From contig NZ_JHXR01000004.1 of the NCBI RefSeq assembly GCF_000621645.1, positions 180,001 to 212,000 of the forward strand: a stretch of 32,000 bases of DNA, read 5' to 3'. The first letter of the stretch is position 1. Each line of letters starts with the position of its first letter. The notes beneath the pieces were generated by a model. That model had not been told where the DNA came from, did not search any database, and worked only from the letters and a program-made list of their open reading frames with translations. This DNA comes from Vibrio cholerae ATCC 14035 (GTDB lineage: Bacteria > Pseudomonadota > Gammaproteobacteria > Enterobacterales > Vibrionaceae). Below, in pieces: positions 1-8,850 of the stretch. Made by a program: the position numbers and the translations under genes.

Positions 1-848
1 CGATGGATGTGATGCGTACGGGCTGCTCCATTCTTGGCAACCTTGAGCCTGAACATACCTTTGCTGAGCAACAAGCGGCGACCGAGCGTATGTTGGCGCT
101 GTTTCCGGCGATCATCTGTTACTGGTATCGCTTCAGTCATGACGGGGTGCGGATTGATACCGCCGATCAAAGTGAAGATTCGATTGGCGGCTATTTCCTC
201 AAAATGCTCACTGGCCAAGCGCCGAGCGAGCTGTTCAAAAAAGTGATGCACTGCTCGTTAACTCTGTACGCTGAGCATGAATTCAATGCTTCTACCTTTG
301 CGGCAAGAGTCTGCGCGTCAACCTTGTCGGATATTCACTCTTGTGTGACAGGCGCGATTGGTACGCTACGCGGGCCTTTGCATGGTGGAGCGAATGAAGC
401 CGCGATGGCGATGATTGAGCAGTGGCACAGTGCCGATGAAGCGGAAGCGGGCATCATGCGCATGTTGGCGAACAAAGAGAAAATCATGGGCTTTGGCCAC
501 GCGATTTATCGCGAGAGTGACCCACGCAATGCCTTAATCAAAGAGTGGTCGAAGGCGCTTTCTGAAGCGGTCGGTGATACTCATCTCTACGCCGTCTCTG
601 AGCGCGTGGAAGCGGTGATGAAGCGTGAAAAAGACCTGTTCTGTAATGCGGACTTCTTTCACGCCTCGGCCTATCACTTTATGGGCATTCCAACCAAATT
701 GTTCACGCCAATCTTTGTGATGAGCCGTTTAACCGGCTGGGCTGCGCATGTGTATGAGCAGCGTTCGAATAACCGAATTATTCGCCCAAGCGCGGATTAT
801 GTAGGGCCTGAGCATCAAACTTGGTTGCCGATTGAACAGCGTGGCTAA
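1..848 (+). CDS. prpC: 2-methylcitrate synthase (citrate synthase family), 5' end cut by the window edge; reading frame of ORF 3..848
   Basis: The 281-aa C-terminal fragment carries the citrate-synthase signature GFGHAIYRESDPR. It lies directly upstream of acnD-prpF-prpE. Confidence 0.9.
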   Translation, partial: MDVMRTGCSILGNLEPEHTFAEQQAATERMLALFPAIICYWYRFSHDGVRIDTADQSEDSIGGYFLKMLTGQAPSELFKKVMHCSLTLYAEHEFNASTFAARVCASTLSDIHSCVTGAIGTLRGPLHGGANEAAMAMIEQWHSADEAEAGIMRMLANKEKIMGFGHAIYRESDPRNALIKEWSKALSEAVGDTHLYAVSERVEAVMKREKDLFCNADFFHASAYHFMGIPTKLFTPIFVMSRLTGWAAHVYEQRSNNRIIRPSADYVGPEHQTWLPIEQRG

Positions 849-865
849 CACTGAACAAGTACAAC

Positions 866-886
866 GAACCCTCCTGTGGAGGGTTC
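866..886 (+). other. Intercistronic stem-loop between prpC and acnD (9-bp perfect stem GAACCCTCC/GGAGGGTTC, 3-nt loop)
   Basis: Read directly from the sequence. No U-run follows, so it is not a canonical terminator. Confidence 0.5.
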
Positions 887-910
887 AGAGCCATTTGAAT
901 GGCCAGCAGC

Positions 911-938
911 ATCTTTTAGTTCCTATCTTTTAGTTGCT
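911..938. repeat. Tandem 14-bp direct repeat, 2 copies (ATCTTTTAGTTCCT / ATCTTTTAGTTGCT, 13/14 identical)
   Basis: Read directly. It sits in the prpC-acnD spacer just upstream of the acnD ribosome-binding site. Confidence 0.8.
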
Positions 939-957
939 AAGCAATGGAAGCAAAAAC

Positions 958-3564
958 ATGAACAGTCTGTATCGTAAAGCCTTATTGCCAAGCCCTGCGC
1001 AATCTCAGGTCGATTTTTTTGATACGCGCGCGGCGGTCGAGGCGTTAAAACCGGGCGCATACCAAACTTTGCCTTACACGGCACGTATTCTGGCCGAAAA
1101 CTTGGTTCGCCGCTGCCCACCGGAACAATTGAGCGAAAGTCTGCTGCAAATTATCGAGCGTAAACGCGATCTTGATTTCCCTTGGTATCCCGCGCGCGTG
1201 GTGTGCCACGATATTCTCGGCCAAACCGCGTTGGTTGATTTGGCAGGCTTGCGTGATGCGATTGCCGAACAAGGCGGCGACCCCGCGCAAGTCAATCCTG
1301 TGGTCGAGACTCAGTTGATTGTCGATCACTCGCTGGCGGTGGAATATTCCGGCTGCGATCCTGATGCGTTTGAGAAAAACCGTGCGGTGGAAGACAGACG
1401 CAACGAAGATCGCTTCCACTTTATCGAATGGTGTAAAACCGCGTTTAAAAACGTCAGCGTGATCCCCGCCGGTAACGGCATCATGCACCAGATCAATCTG
1501 GAAAAAATGTCGCCGGTGATACAGGTGAAAGAGGGTGTGGCTTTCCCTGATTCTTGCGTAGGCACGGATAGCCATACGCCGCACGTTGATGCACTCGGTG
1601 TGCTGGCAATTGGTGTGGGCGGCCTTGAAGCGGAAACCGTAATGCTCGGTCGCCCTTCGATGATGCGCTTGCCAGACATTGTCGGCGTGAAACTGACCGG
1701 AGTGCGCCAACCAGGTATTACCGCAACCGATATTGTATTGGCCTTAACCGAGTTTCTACGCCGCGAGCGCGTGGTCTCAGCCTATCTGGAGTTTTTTGGC
1801 GAAGGGGCGAAAGCGCTGACCATCGGCGATCGCGCGACCATCTCCAATATGACGCCGGAATACGGCGCGACCGCCGGCATGTTCTACATTGATGAACAGA
1901 CCATTCAATATTTAAAACTGACTGGCCGCGAGCCAGAGCAAGTCGCTTTGGTTGAAAGCTATGCCAAAGCCGCAGGTTTATGGGCGGACAGCTTAGAGCA
2001 CGCGGAATACGAACGTGTGCTGGAGTTTGATCTCTCCAGTGTTGAGCGCAATTTGGCGGGGCCTTCCAATCCGCATCGCCGTTTGCCGACCAAAGATCTG
2101 AGCGCGCGCGGCATTGCCATTCCTGCTCAGCAACGAGAAGCACAACAAGCAGAGGGCTTGATGCCTGATGGCGCGGTGATCATCGCCGCTATCACTTCCT
2201 GTACCAACACCAGTAACCCGCGCAACGTGGTTGCGGCAGGGCTACTCGCCAAAAAAGCTAATCAGCTCGGCCTTAAACGTCAACCTTGGGTGAAAACCTC
2301 TTTCGCGCCCGGCTCGAAAGTCGCCAAATTGTATTTGCAAGAAGCTGGGCTGCTCTCTGAACTCGAACAGCTTGGTTTTGGGATTGTGGCGTATGCCTGT
2401 ACCACCTGTAACGGCATGAGTGGCGCGCTCGATCCCGCGATTCAACAAGAAATTATTGAACGCGATCTCTACGCTACGGCGGTGCTGTCTGGCAACCGCA
2501 ACTTTGATGGCCGTATTCATCCGTACGCCAAGCAAGCGTTTTTGGCTTCGCCGCCGCTGGTGGTGGCTTATGCGATAGCAGGCACGATGCGCTTTGATAT
2601 TGAGCGTGACGCGCTGGGTCACGATGCGCAAGGCAAGCCGATTTATCTCAATGACTTATGGCCAAGTGATGAAGAGATTGATGCCGTCGTTGGCCGCGCG
2701 GTCAAGCCGGAGCAGTTCAAGCAGATCTATATCCAGATGTTTAAACTCGATGAGACACAAAGCGCGAGCTCACCGCTGTATGACTGGCGGCCGATGAGCA
2801 CGTATATTCGCCGTCCACCGTATTGGGAAGGAGCGCTCGCGGCACCGCGCACCTTGAAAGCGATGCGACCACTGGCGATTTTGGGTGACAACATCACGAC
2901 CGATCATTTATCGCCCTCCAATGCCATTTTGGCCAGCAGCGCGGCTGGAGAATACCTGACCAAAATGGGCGTGCCAGAGGAAGATTTTAACTCTTACGCC
3001 ACGCACCGCGGTGATCACCTCACTGCGCAGCGCGCGACGTTTGCCAACCCGAAACTGTTTAACGAAATGGTTAAAGAAAACGGGCAGATCAAACAAGGTT
3101 CTCTCGCGCGTATTGAGCCGGAAGGCAAAGTAACCCGCATGTGGGAAGCGATTGAAACCTACATGAACCGCAAACAACCGCTGATTGTGATTGCGGGAGC
3201 GGATTACGGCCAAGGTTCATCACGCGACTGGGCGGCCAAAGGTGTGCGTTTAGCCGGCGTTGAAGCGATCGTGGCCGAAGGCTTTGAGCGCATTCACCGC
3301 ACCAACTTGGTTGGGATGGGCGTACTGCCGCTAGAGTTTAAGCCGGGCGTCAATCGCCACTCGTTAGCGCTCGATGGCACTGAGCTGTTTGATGTGGTGG
3401 GTGAGATCAAGCCCGGTGCAGATTTAGCGCTAGTCGTGACCAGACAAAACGGTGAGAAGCTGGATGTGGCGGTGACGTGTCGTTTGGACACAGCCGATGA
3501 AGTACATGTATATCAAGCGGGTGGCGTGTTGCAACGCTTCGCACAAGACTTTTTGGCGCAGTAG
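958..3564 (+). CDS. acnD: Fe/S-dependent 2-methylisocitrate (2-methyl-cis-aconitate forming) dehydratase, aconitase family AcnD
   Basis: Aconitase Fe-S cysteine motifs ITSCTNTSNP and ACTTCNGMSG are present. I moved the start from the track ATG at 934 to the ATG at 958, which has GGAAG 7 nt upstream and gives the N-terminus MNSLYRK. The gene lies between prpC and prpF, the diagnostic AcnD context. Confidence 0.9.
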   Translation: MNSLYRKALLPSPAQSQVDFFDTRAAVEALKPGAYQTLPYTARILAENLVRRCPPEQLSESLLQIIERKRDLDFPWYPARVVCHDILGQTALVDLAGLRDAIAEQGGDPAQVNPVVETQLIVDHSLAVEYSGCDPDAFEKNRAVEDRRNEDRFHFIEWCKTAFKNVSVIPAGNGIMHQINLEKMSPVIQVKEGVAFPDSCVGTDSHTPHVDALGVLAIGVGGLEAETVMLGRPSMMRLPDIVGVKLTGVRQPGITATDIVLALTEFLRRERVVSAYLEFFGEGAKALTIGDRATISNMTPEYGATAGMFYIDEQTIQYLKLTGREPEQVALVESYAKAAGLWADSLEHAEYERVLEFDLSSVERNLAGPSNPHRRLPTKDLSARGIAIPAQQREAQQAEGLMPDGAVIIAAITSCTNTSNPRNVVAAGLLAKKANQLGLKRQPWVKTSFAPGSKVAKLYLQEAGLLSELEQLGFGIVAYACTTCNGMSGALDPAIQQEIIERDLYATAVLSGNRNFDGRIHPYAKQAFLASPPLVVAYAIAGTMRFDIERDALGHDAQGKPIYLNDLWPSDEEIDAVVGRAVKPEQFKQIYIQMFKLDETQSASSPLYDWRPMSTYIRRPPYWEGALAAPRTLKAMRPLAILGDNITTDHLSPSNAILASSAAGEYLTKMGVPEEDFNSYATHRGDHLTAQRATFANPKLFNEMVKENGQIKQGSLARIEPEGKVTRMWEAIETYMNRKQPLIVIAGADYGQGSSRDWAAKGVRLAGVEAIVAEGFERIHRTNLVGMGVLPLEFKPGVNRHSLALDGTELFDVVGEIKPGADLALVVTRQNGEKLDVAVTCRLDTADEVHVYQAGGVLQRFAQDFLAQ

Positions 3565-3572
3565 GAGGCAGC

Positions 3573-4775
3573 ATGAACGAGACAGTGTCACAAATTCGTA
3601 TTCCTGCCACCTACATGCGCGGCGGAACCAGCAAAGGGGTGTTTTTCCGTCTGAACGATTTGCCGCTTGAAGCGCAGCTTCCCGGTGCTGCCCGTGATGC
3701 TCTGTTGTTACGAGTGATTGGTAGCCCAGATCCTTACGGTAAACAGATTGATGGCATGGGCGGTGCGACATCGAGCACCAGCAAAACGGTGATTGTGAGT
3801 GCCAGTTCGCGCGAAGATCACGATGTGGATTATCTGTTCGGGCAAGTGGCGATAGATAAACCGTTTGTCGATTGGAGCGGAAACTGCGGCAACCTTTCCG
3901 CTGCGGTGGGGCCGTTTGCGATCCATGCTGGGCTGATTCCTGCTGAGCGTATTCCGCACAATGGTGTGGTGGCGGTGAAAGTGTGGCAAGTCAACATCAG
4001 CAAAACCATTGTAGTGCATGTGCCGATAGTCAATGGCGCAGTGCAGGAGTGCGGTGAATTTGAACTCGATGGCGTGACTTTTCCGGCGGCCGAAGTGCAG
4101 GTGGATTTTGTGGATCCTGCGGATGACAGCGGTGCTATGTTCCCAACTGGTAACGTGATGGATGATTTGCAAGTGCCGGATGTAGGTACGTTCAACGCCA
4201 CTTTCATCAACTCGGGCATTCCAACCATTTTTGTCGATGCCGAAGCGCTCGGCTATCAAGGTACTGAGCTGCAAGATGCCATCAACAGTGATCCACAAGC
4301 CTTGGCGAAGTTTGAAACGCTGCGCGCTTATGGCGCACTGAAAATGGGTCTGATTGAGCGCATCGAAGAGGCACAAAACCGCCAACATACGCCAAAAATT
4401 GCTTTTGTCAGTGGCGCGAAAAGTTACCTCGCTTCAAGCGGTAAGCCAGTAGAAGCGGATTCGGTGGATCTGCTCGTGCGTGCGCTCTCGATGGGCAAAC
4501 TGCATCACGCCATGATGGGAACCGCCGCTGTGGCGATTGCCTCTGCTGCCGCCGTTCCGGGCACGTTGGTCAATTTGGCTGCCGGGGGCGGCGAGCGTAC
4601 GTCAGTCACCTTTGGTCATCCCTCCGGCACGTTAAAAGTCGGAGCGAAAGCCAAGCAAGGTGAACAAGGCTGGCAAATTGAGCGCGCGATCATGAGCCGC
4701 AGCGCCAGAATTCTAATGGAAGGATGGGTACGCGTTCCCGAAAATTACGCTGCCCTCAGTGAGAGCAAGGAGTAA
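3573..4775 (+). CDS. prpF: 2-methylaconitate cis-trans isomerase PrpF
   Basis: 400-aa ORF with AGGAGG immediately upstream. It has a PrpF-type N-terminus (YMRGGTSKGVFF) and a WSGNCGNLS motif, and always partners acnD. Confidence 0.9.
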   Translation: MNETVSQIRIPATYMRGGTSKGVFFRLNDLPLEAQLPGAARDALLLRVIGSPDPYGKQIDGMGGATSSTSKTVIVSASSREDHDVDYLFGQVAIDKPFVDWSGNCGNLSAAVGPFAIHAGLIPAERIPHNGVVAVKVWQVNISKTIVVHVPIVNGAVQECGEFELDGVTFPAAEVQVDFVDPADDSGAMFPTGNVMDDLQVPDVGTFNATFINSGIPTIFVDAEALGYQGTELQDAINSDPQALAKFETLRAYGALKMGLIERIEEAQNRQHTPKIAFVSGAKSYLASSGKPVEADSVDLLVRALSMGKLHHAMMGTAAVAIASAAAVPGTLVNLAAGGGERTSVTFGHPSGTLKVGAKAKQGEQGWQIERAIMSRSARILMEGWVRVPENYAALSESKE

Positions 4776-4779
4776 TGCG

Positions 4780-6657
4780 ATGTCTGCCTATCAAGAGCAA
4801 TATCAATGGGCGAAAGAGCAGCCCGAAGCCTTCTGGCGCAAACAAGCGCAGCAGATCGACTGGTTTCAACCGCCGCAAACCATTTTGGCCAATGACGAAC
4901 ATGGTATCGAACGTTGGTTTCCCGATGGTGTACTCAATACCTGTTGGTTAGCACTCGACTATCATTGTGAACAAGGACGTGGTGATCACACGGCGCTGAT
5001 TTATGATTCGCCCGTGACAGGCAAAAAGCAGCGCTACAGTTACTCGGCACTGCGTGACAGTGTCGCGAAAATTGCTGGTATGCTGGCCGCACAGGGGGTG
5101 AGCAAGGGTGATCGCGTGATCATCTACATGCCGATGATCCCAGAAGCGGCGATGGCGATGCTGGCTTGTGCGCGTTTGGGCGCGATTCACTCGGTGGTGT
5201 TTGGTGGCTTTGCACCGAATGAGCTGGCAGTTCGGATTGAAGATGCGGAGCCGAAAGTGATCATGACCGCCTCGTGCGGCGTGGAAATCAATAAGGTGAT
5301 TCCCTACAAGCCCATGGTCGATAAAGCCATTATGGATAGCCGCTGGAAACCTGAAAAAGTCTTGGTTTATCAGCGCAGTGAATGCCGCGCCGAGCTCACT
5401 CATGCCCGCGATTTGGAATGGAACACGGTCGTGCAATCGGCCACGCCACACGGTTGTGTGCCTGTGCTCGCCACCGATCCGCTGTATATCCTTTACACCT
5501 CAGGCACCACAGGCAAACCGAAAGGCGTGGTGCGCGATAATGGCGGCCACGCGGTTGCGCTCAAGTATTCAATGCAGATTATCTACAACATGCCGCAAGA
5601 CGGGGTGTTTTGGGCAGCTTCGGATGTGGGCTGGGTAGTCGGTCACTCCTATATTGTGTATGCGCCGCTCATTCACGGTTGCACCACCATTTTGTATGAA
5701 GGCAAACCGGTACGCACACCCGATCCCGGCGCGTTTTGGCGAGTGTGTCAGGAGTACCAAGTCACCGCACTGTTTTCTGCGCCGACCGCGTTTCGTGCCA
5801 TCAAAAAAGAAGATCCAAATGGCGATTATTTAAAACAGTACGATTTGTCGGCGTTAACCACCATTTTTATGGCCGGAGAGCGGCTTGACCCGCCGACCTT
5901 GGAATGGGTACAAAGCAAAACAGGCAAGCCAGTGATTGATCACTGGTGGCAAACCGAAACGGGTTGGGCGATTGCTGGAAACCCAACGGGTCTTGAATCT
6001 ATGCCCATCAAAGCGGGCTCGGCAACCAAACCCATCCCCGGTTATCAGGTGGAGATTCTTAATGAGCTTGGCGAAAACATGCCCGCCAATCAGCAAGGTT
6101 TTGTCGCACTAAAAAGGCCTCTACCACCAAGCTGTTTGCCAACCGTTTGGCGTAACCATGACCGTTTTGAGTCGGGCTATTTGGCGCAATTCCCCGGTTA
6201 TTATGTATCCGGTGATGGCGGTTATCTCGATGAAGACGGGTATCTGTTCATCATGGGACGCATCGATGATGTGATCAACGTTGCGGGGCATCGATTATCG
6301 ACAGGCGAGATGGAAGAGATTGTCGGCGCGCATCCGGCTGTCGCGGAATGTGCGGTGATTGGCGTCCACGACGAGCTGAAAGGGCAGTTGCCACTGGGTT
6401 TAGTGGTGCTCAAAGATGGGGTGAAGATTGATGCGCAAACGCTGGAGCAAGAGTTGGTTGCCAGTGTGCGCAATCAAATTGGTGCGGTGGCTTGCTTTAA
6501 GCATGCCATAGTGGTCGAACGCTTACCGAAAACGCGATCCGGCAAAATTTTGCGGCGTATCATCCGCCAAATCGCTGATGGTGAGAGTTACACCATTCCA
6601 TCTACGATTGACGATCCCATGAGCCTCAATGAGCTGGAAAACCTGTTTCAGCACTGA
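4780..6657 (+). CDS. prpE: Propionate--CoA ligase (acyl-CoA synthetase, AMP-forming)
   Basis: AMP-binding motif YTSGTTGKPKG. I moved the start from the track ATG at 4759 to the ATG at 4780 (AAGGAG 7 nt upstream, N-terminus MSAYQEQY). It is the last gene of the prp operon. Confidence 0.9.
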   Translation: MSAYQEQYQWAKEQPEAFWRKQAQQIDWFQPPQTILANDEHGIERWFPDGVLNTCWLALDYHCEQGRGDHTALIYDSPVTGKKQRYSYSALRDSVAKIAGMLAAQGVSKGDRVIIYMPMIPEAAMAMLACARLGAIHSVVFGGFAPNELAVRIEDAEPKVIMTASCGVEINKVIPYKPMVDKAIMDSRWKPEKVLVYQRSECRAELTHARDLEWNTVVQSATPHGCVPVLATDPLYILYTSGTTGKPKGVVRDNGGHAVALKYSMQIIYNMPQDGVFWAASDVGWVVGHSYIVYAPLIHGCTTILYEGKPVRTPDPGAFWRVCQEYQVTALFSAPTAFRAIKKEDPNGDYLKQYDLSALTTIFMAGERLDPPTLEWVQSKTGKPVIDHWWQTETGWAIAGNPTGLESMPIKAGSATKPIPGYQVEILNELGENMPANQQGFVALKRPLPPSCLPTVWRNHDRFESGYLAQFPGYYVSGDGGYLDEDGYLFIMGRIDDVINVAGHRLSTGEMEEIVGAHPAVAECAVIGVHDELKGQLPLGLVVLKDGVKIDAQTLEQELVASVRNQIGAVACFKHAIVVERLPKTRSGKILRRIIRQIADGESYTIPSTIDDPMSLNELENLFQH

Positions 6658-6677
6658 AAATGCAGTGAACAAAACAT

Positions 6678-6703
6678 AAAGTGCTCCTCATGGAGCACTT
6701 TTT
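6678..6703 (+). terminator. Rho-independent terminator of the prp operon
   Basis: Stem GTGCTCC / GGAGCAC with a 4-nt loop, followed by TTTTT. It lies 21 nt after the prpE stop. Confidence 0.8.
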
Positions 6704-6830
6704 AATGGCCTATCTCATCTCTGTGACACAGATAACAATCTGATTGCACAAAATCCCCACAGTGAAAGCTGATTTTTTTCCGAGCTTCATATACAATTTC
6801 GCCCCACTATAAATTGATAAAAATCACAAA

Positions 6831-7307
6831 ATGGCCAATATCTCACTCTCTTCGGCAAGCAGTGCAGATTTACAACAACTCAACCAGTTGATGTTTGAGC
6901 TGCATGATGAACACCATCAGCAATGCCCTGAACATTTCAAGACCGCGGAAGAGATTGAACAAGAGAAGAGTATTGCCCGTTATTTGGATGATCCGCAGTG
7001 TTTGGTGTATGTCGCCAAACAAGGTGAGCAGGTGGTGGGCTTTATTACGGGCCATTTTTGTGAGCTGGTTTCGACCGTGAGTCAGGCGGTTGCAATGGGA
7101 AGTGTCGATGAGCTTTATGTGCTTCCGGCCTTTCGTGGACAAGGGATTGCCAGTCAGCTATGTCATAAATTAGAGCGGGTTTTCAAAGATTACGGGGTAA
7201 AACAGATGTTTGTTGAAGTCTGGGACTTTAACCAGTCTGCCCAAGATTTTTATCAGTGTGCTGGTTTCGTTCAGCATATTCACTGGTTGCGTAAACCGCT
7301 GGTTTAG
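6831..7307 (+). CDS. GNAT-family N-acetyltransferase (158 aa)
   Basis: Size and acetyl-CoA binding motif RGQGIASQL (R/Q-x-x-G-x-A/G) followed by the typical GNAT beta-strand pattern. The substrate is unknown. Confidence 0.75.
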   Translation: MANISLSSASSADLQQLNQLMFELHDEHHQQCPEHFKTAEEIEQEKSIARYLDDPQCLVYVAKQGEQVVGFITGHFCELVSTVSQAVAMGSVDELYVLPAFRGQGIASQLCHKLERVFKDYGVKQMFVEVWDFNQSAQDFYQCAGFVQHIHWLRKPLV

Positions 7308-7336
7308 GTCAGTTCGTTTTTTTAAAGGAAACAATC

Positions 7337-8785
7337 TTGTTGGCACATGTTCGCGCATTTTGGTTAATGTTGGGTTTCACATTCTGCATGGGGCTTTCTT
7401 TTTCGGCGTTATCTAGCCAAGAAGAAGAGGCAGCTTATCGCGGCGCTTTATGTCTGATCCGTGGTGATCATAAATTAGTGATGACCCAAGAAGTGCTCAC
7501 CGGAAAACTCTCCTTGCCCGGCGGTACGATTGAAGCGGGTGAAACACCCCAAATGGCGGCTCAGCGTGAAACATGGCAAGAGACTGGCATGGTGGTTTCT
7601 GTTGGACGCCTGATTGGCCAGACATCGACCGCGGTAGTCTATGAATGCGTCAGTGAATCTCAGGTGATCGCTTACTCTTACCAAAATGGTTTTGGAGGGT
7701 ATGAACTGCCGATCTGGTTTGCGCCGGATTATGGGGTAGAAACCGTTTCTGCCATGTTGGTTAATCCAAGTTTCATCAAGGCTGAGCAGTATCGTTATCC
7801 AGAACAGTGGTCTTTTATTGCCGATTTATTCAAAGTAAGCCAAGAGCAAGCGGTAGATTATGTGGCAGAGCTCCATAAAGCGGCTCCTCAATTTCAGCAG
7901 GTGGAATTAGAGTGGTTGGGGCAATTACAACATGGTGTCGCCCAACTAAAAAAGAGTATGCCTTGGTTACAAAACCTGATCTTAAGCGGGATGATTTTTA
8001 ATCTTCCCGTGGTCGCTTTGGTTCTGTTTCCTTTGCTCTATTGGCAGCTTGGCAAACCTTATTGTTACAAGATTCTGTTTGCTATGTCGGTCACATCCTT
8101 GCTGTGCCTCGTCGCTCAGCAGGGGTTCGCGTTACCAAGACCACATGTTTACCAACCTGCATTAGAGCTGTTTCCAAGCTACGGCTTTGCCTTCCCGAAT
8201 TTGCCTATCGCGCTTTGGAGCTGCTTAGGTGTGCTGCTGTGGCATGTGCAACAAGAGTTCACTCAGCGTTGGGTGATGCGTGTGTGGGTCGGTCTGTTTG
8301 CTTGGCTCTCATTTGCTTCTTTTTATTCGGGTAGTGCTTTTCTCAGTGATCTTGCCACTGGTGCCTTAGTGGGAGCCTTAGTCGCTTGGCACATTATTCG
8401 CCTCGATTTAAAACCGGGTGTGAATGTCGAGAGCCTACTTTGCTCTAAGTCGGTTTGGTGGGGATTGACCGTCGCTTGCGTGATCCTTGCTATCATCTGG
8501 CCGCAACCCATTTTTACGCAATGGCTTGCGTTATTGGTGACGATCTCTGGTCTAGTGACCCTCTTAACACCAAGCTCTTCAACGCTTTCATTGCGTGGGG
8601 TGTTGCTGATGATCGCGCTGTTACTGTTAGCCGATCAGGGAATCTCCTTGTTGATTGAGCCCTTCAATCACAGTTCATTCTATATGTTAGTGGGTGAAAC
8701 TCTGCGCTATCCCGTGCTGATTTTACTGTTTGTGTTACTGGCTCGCCGCGGCTTAAAAGCTCCGATAGTAAGTTCCACATATTAA
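7337..8785 (+). CDS. Membrane protein: N-terminal signal/anchor, a Nudix hydrolase domain, and a C-terminal multi-TM PAP2-like domain with degenerate catalytic motifs
   Basis: Nudix box GGTIEAGETPQMAAQRETWQETGM. The C-terminal half is polytopic with a PAP2-like ALPRPH ... FPNL ... SGSAFLSDLATG pattern. The start is TTG at 7337 (AAGGA 8 nt upstream); the ATG at 7367 is an alternative. Confidence 0.7.
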   Translation: MLAHVRAFWLMLGFTFCMGLSFSALSSQEEEAAYRGALCLIRGDHKLVMTQEVLTGKLSLPGGTIEAGETPQMAAQRETWQETGMVVSVGRLIGQTSTAVVYECVSESQVIAYSYQNGFGGYELPIWFAPDYGVETVSAMLVNPSFIKAEQYRYPEQWSFIADLFKVSQEQAVDYVAELHKAAPQFQQVELEWLGQLQHGVAQLKKSMPWLQNLILSGMIFNLPVVALVLFPLLYWQLGKPYCYKILFAMSVTSLLCLVAQQGFALPRPHVYQPALELFPSYGFAFPNLPIALWSCLGVLLWHVQQEFTQRWVMRVWVGLFAWLSFASFYSGSAFLSDLATGALVGALVAWHIIRLDLKPGVNVESLLCSKSVWWGLTVACVILAIIWPQPIFTQWLALLVTISGLVTLLTPSSSTLSLRGVLLMIALLLLADQGISLLIEPFNHSSFYMLVGETLRYPVLILLFVLLARRGLKAPIVSSTY

Positions 8786-8796
8786 AATCAGTTTAA

Positions 8797-8830
8797 ATAA
8801 AAACCGGAAGCCATTTGCTTCCGGTTTTTA
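8797..8830. terminator. Bidirectional rho-independent terminator between convergent genes
   Basis: Stem CCGGAAGC / GCTTCCGG (8804-8811 / 8817-8824) is flanked by an A-run upstream and TTTTT downstream, so it can work on both strands. Confidence 0.85.
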
Positions 8831-8850
8831 TTGATGACTCAAGTACTTGA

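Noticed and set aside
1045-1710. 221-aa minus-strand ORF, plus other long antisense ORFs in the track (for example 3708-4388, 4948-5451, 10757-11281, 12120-12542, 9385-9907, 14575-14850, 17344-17667)
   Set aside because: All lie entirely inside strongly supported genes on the opposite strand. They have Arg/His/Ser-rich low-complexity composition, no SD and no family resemblance, so they are shadow ORFs.
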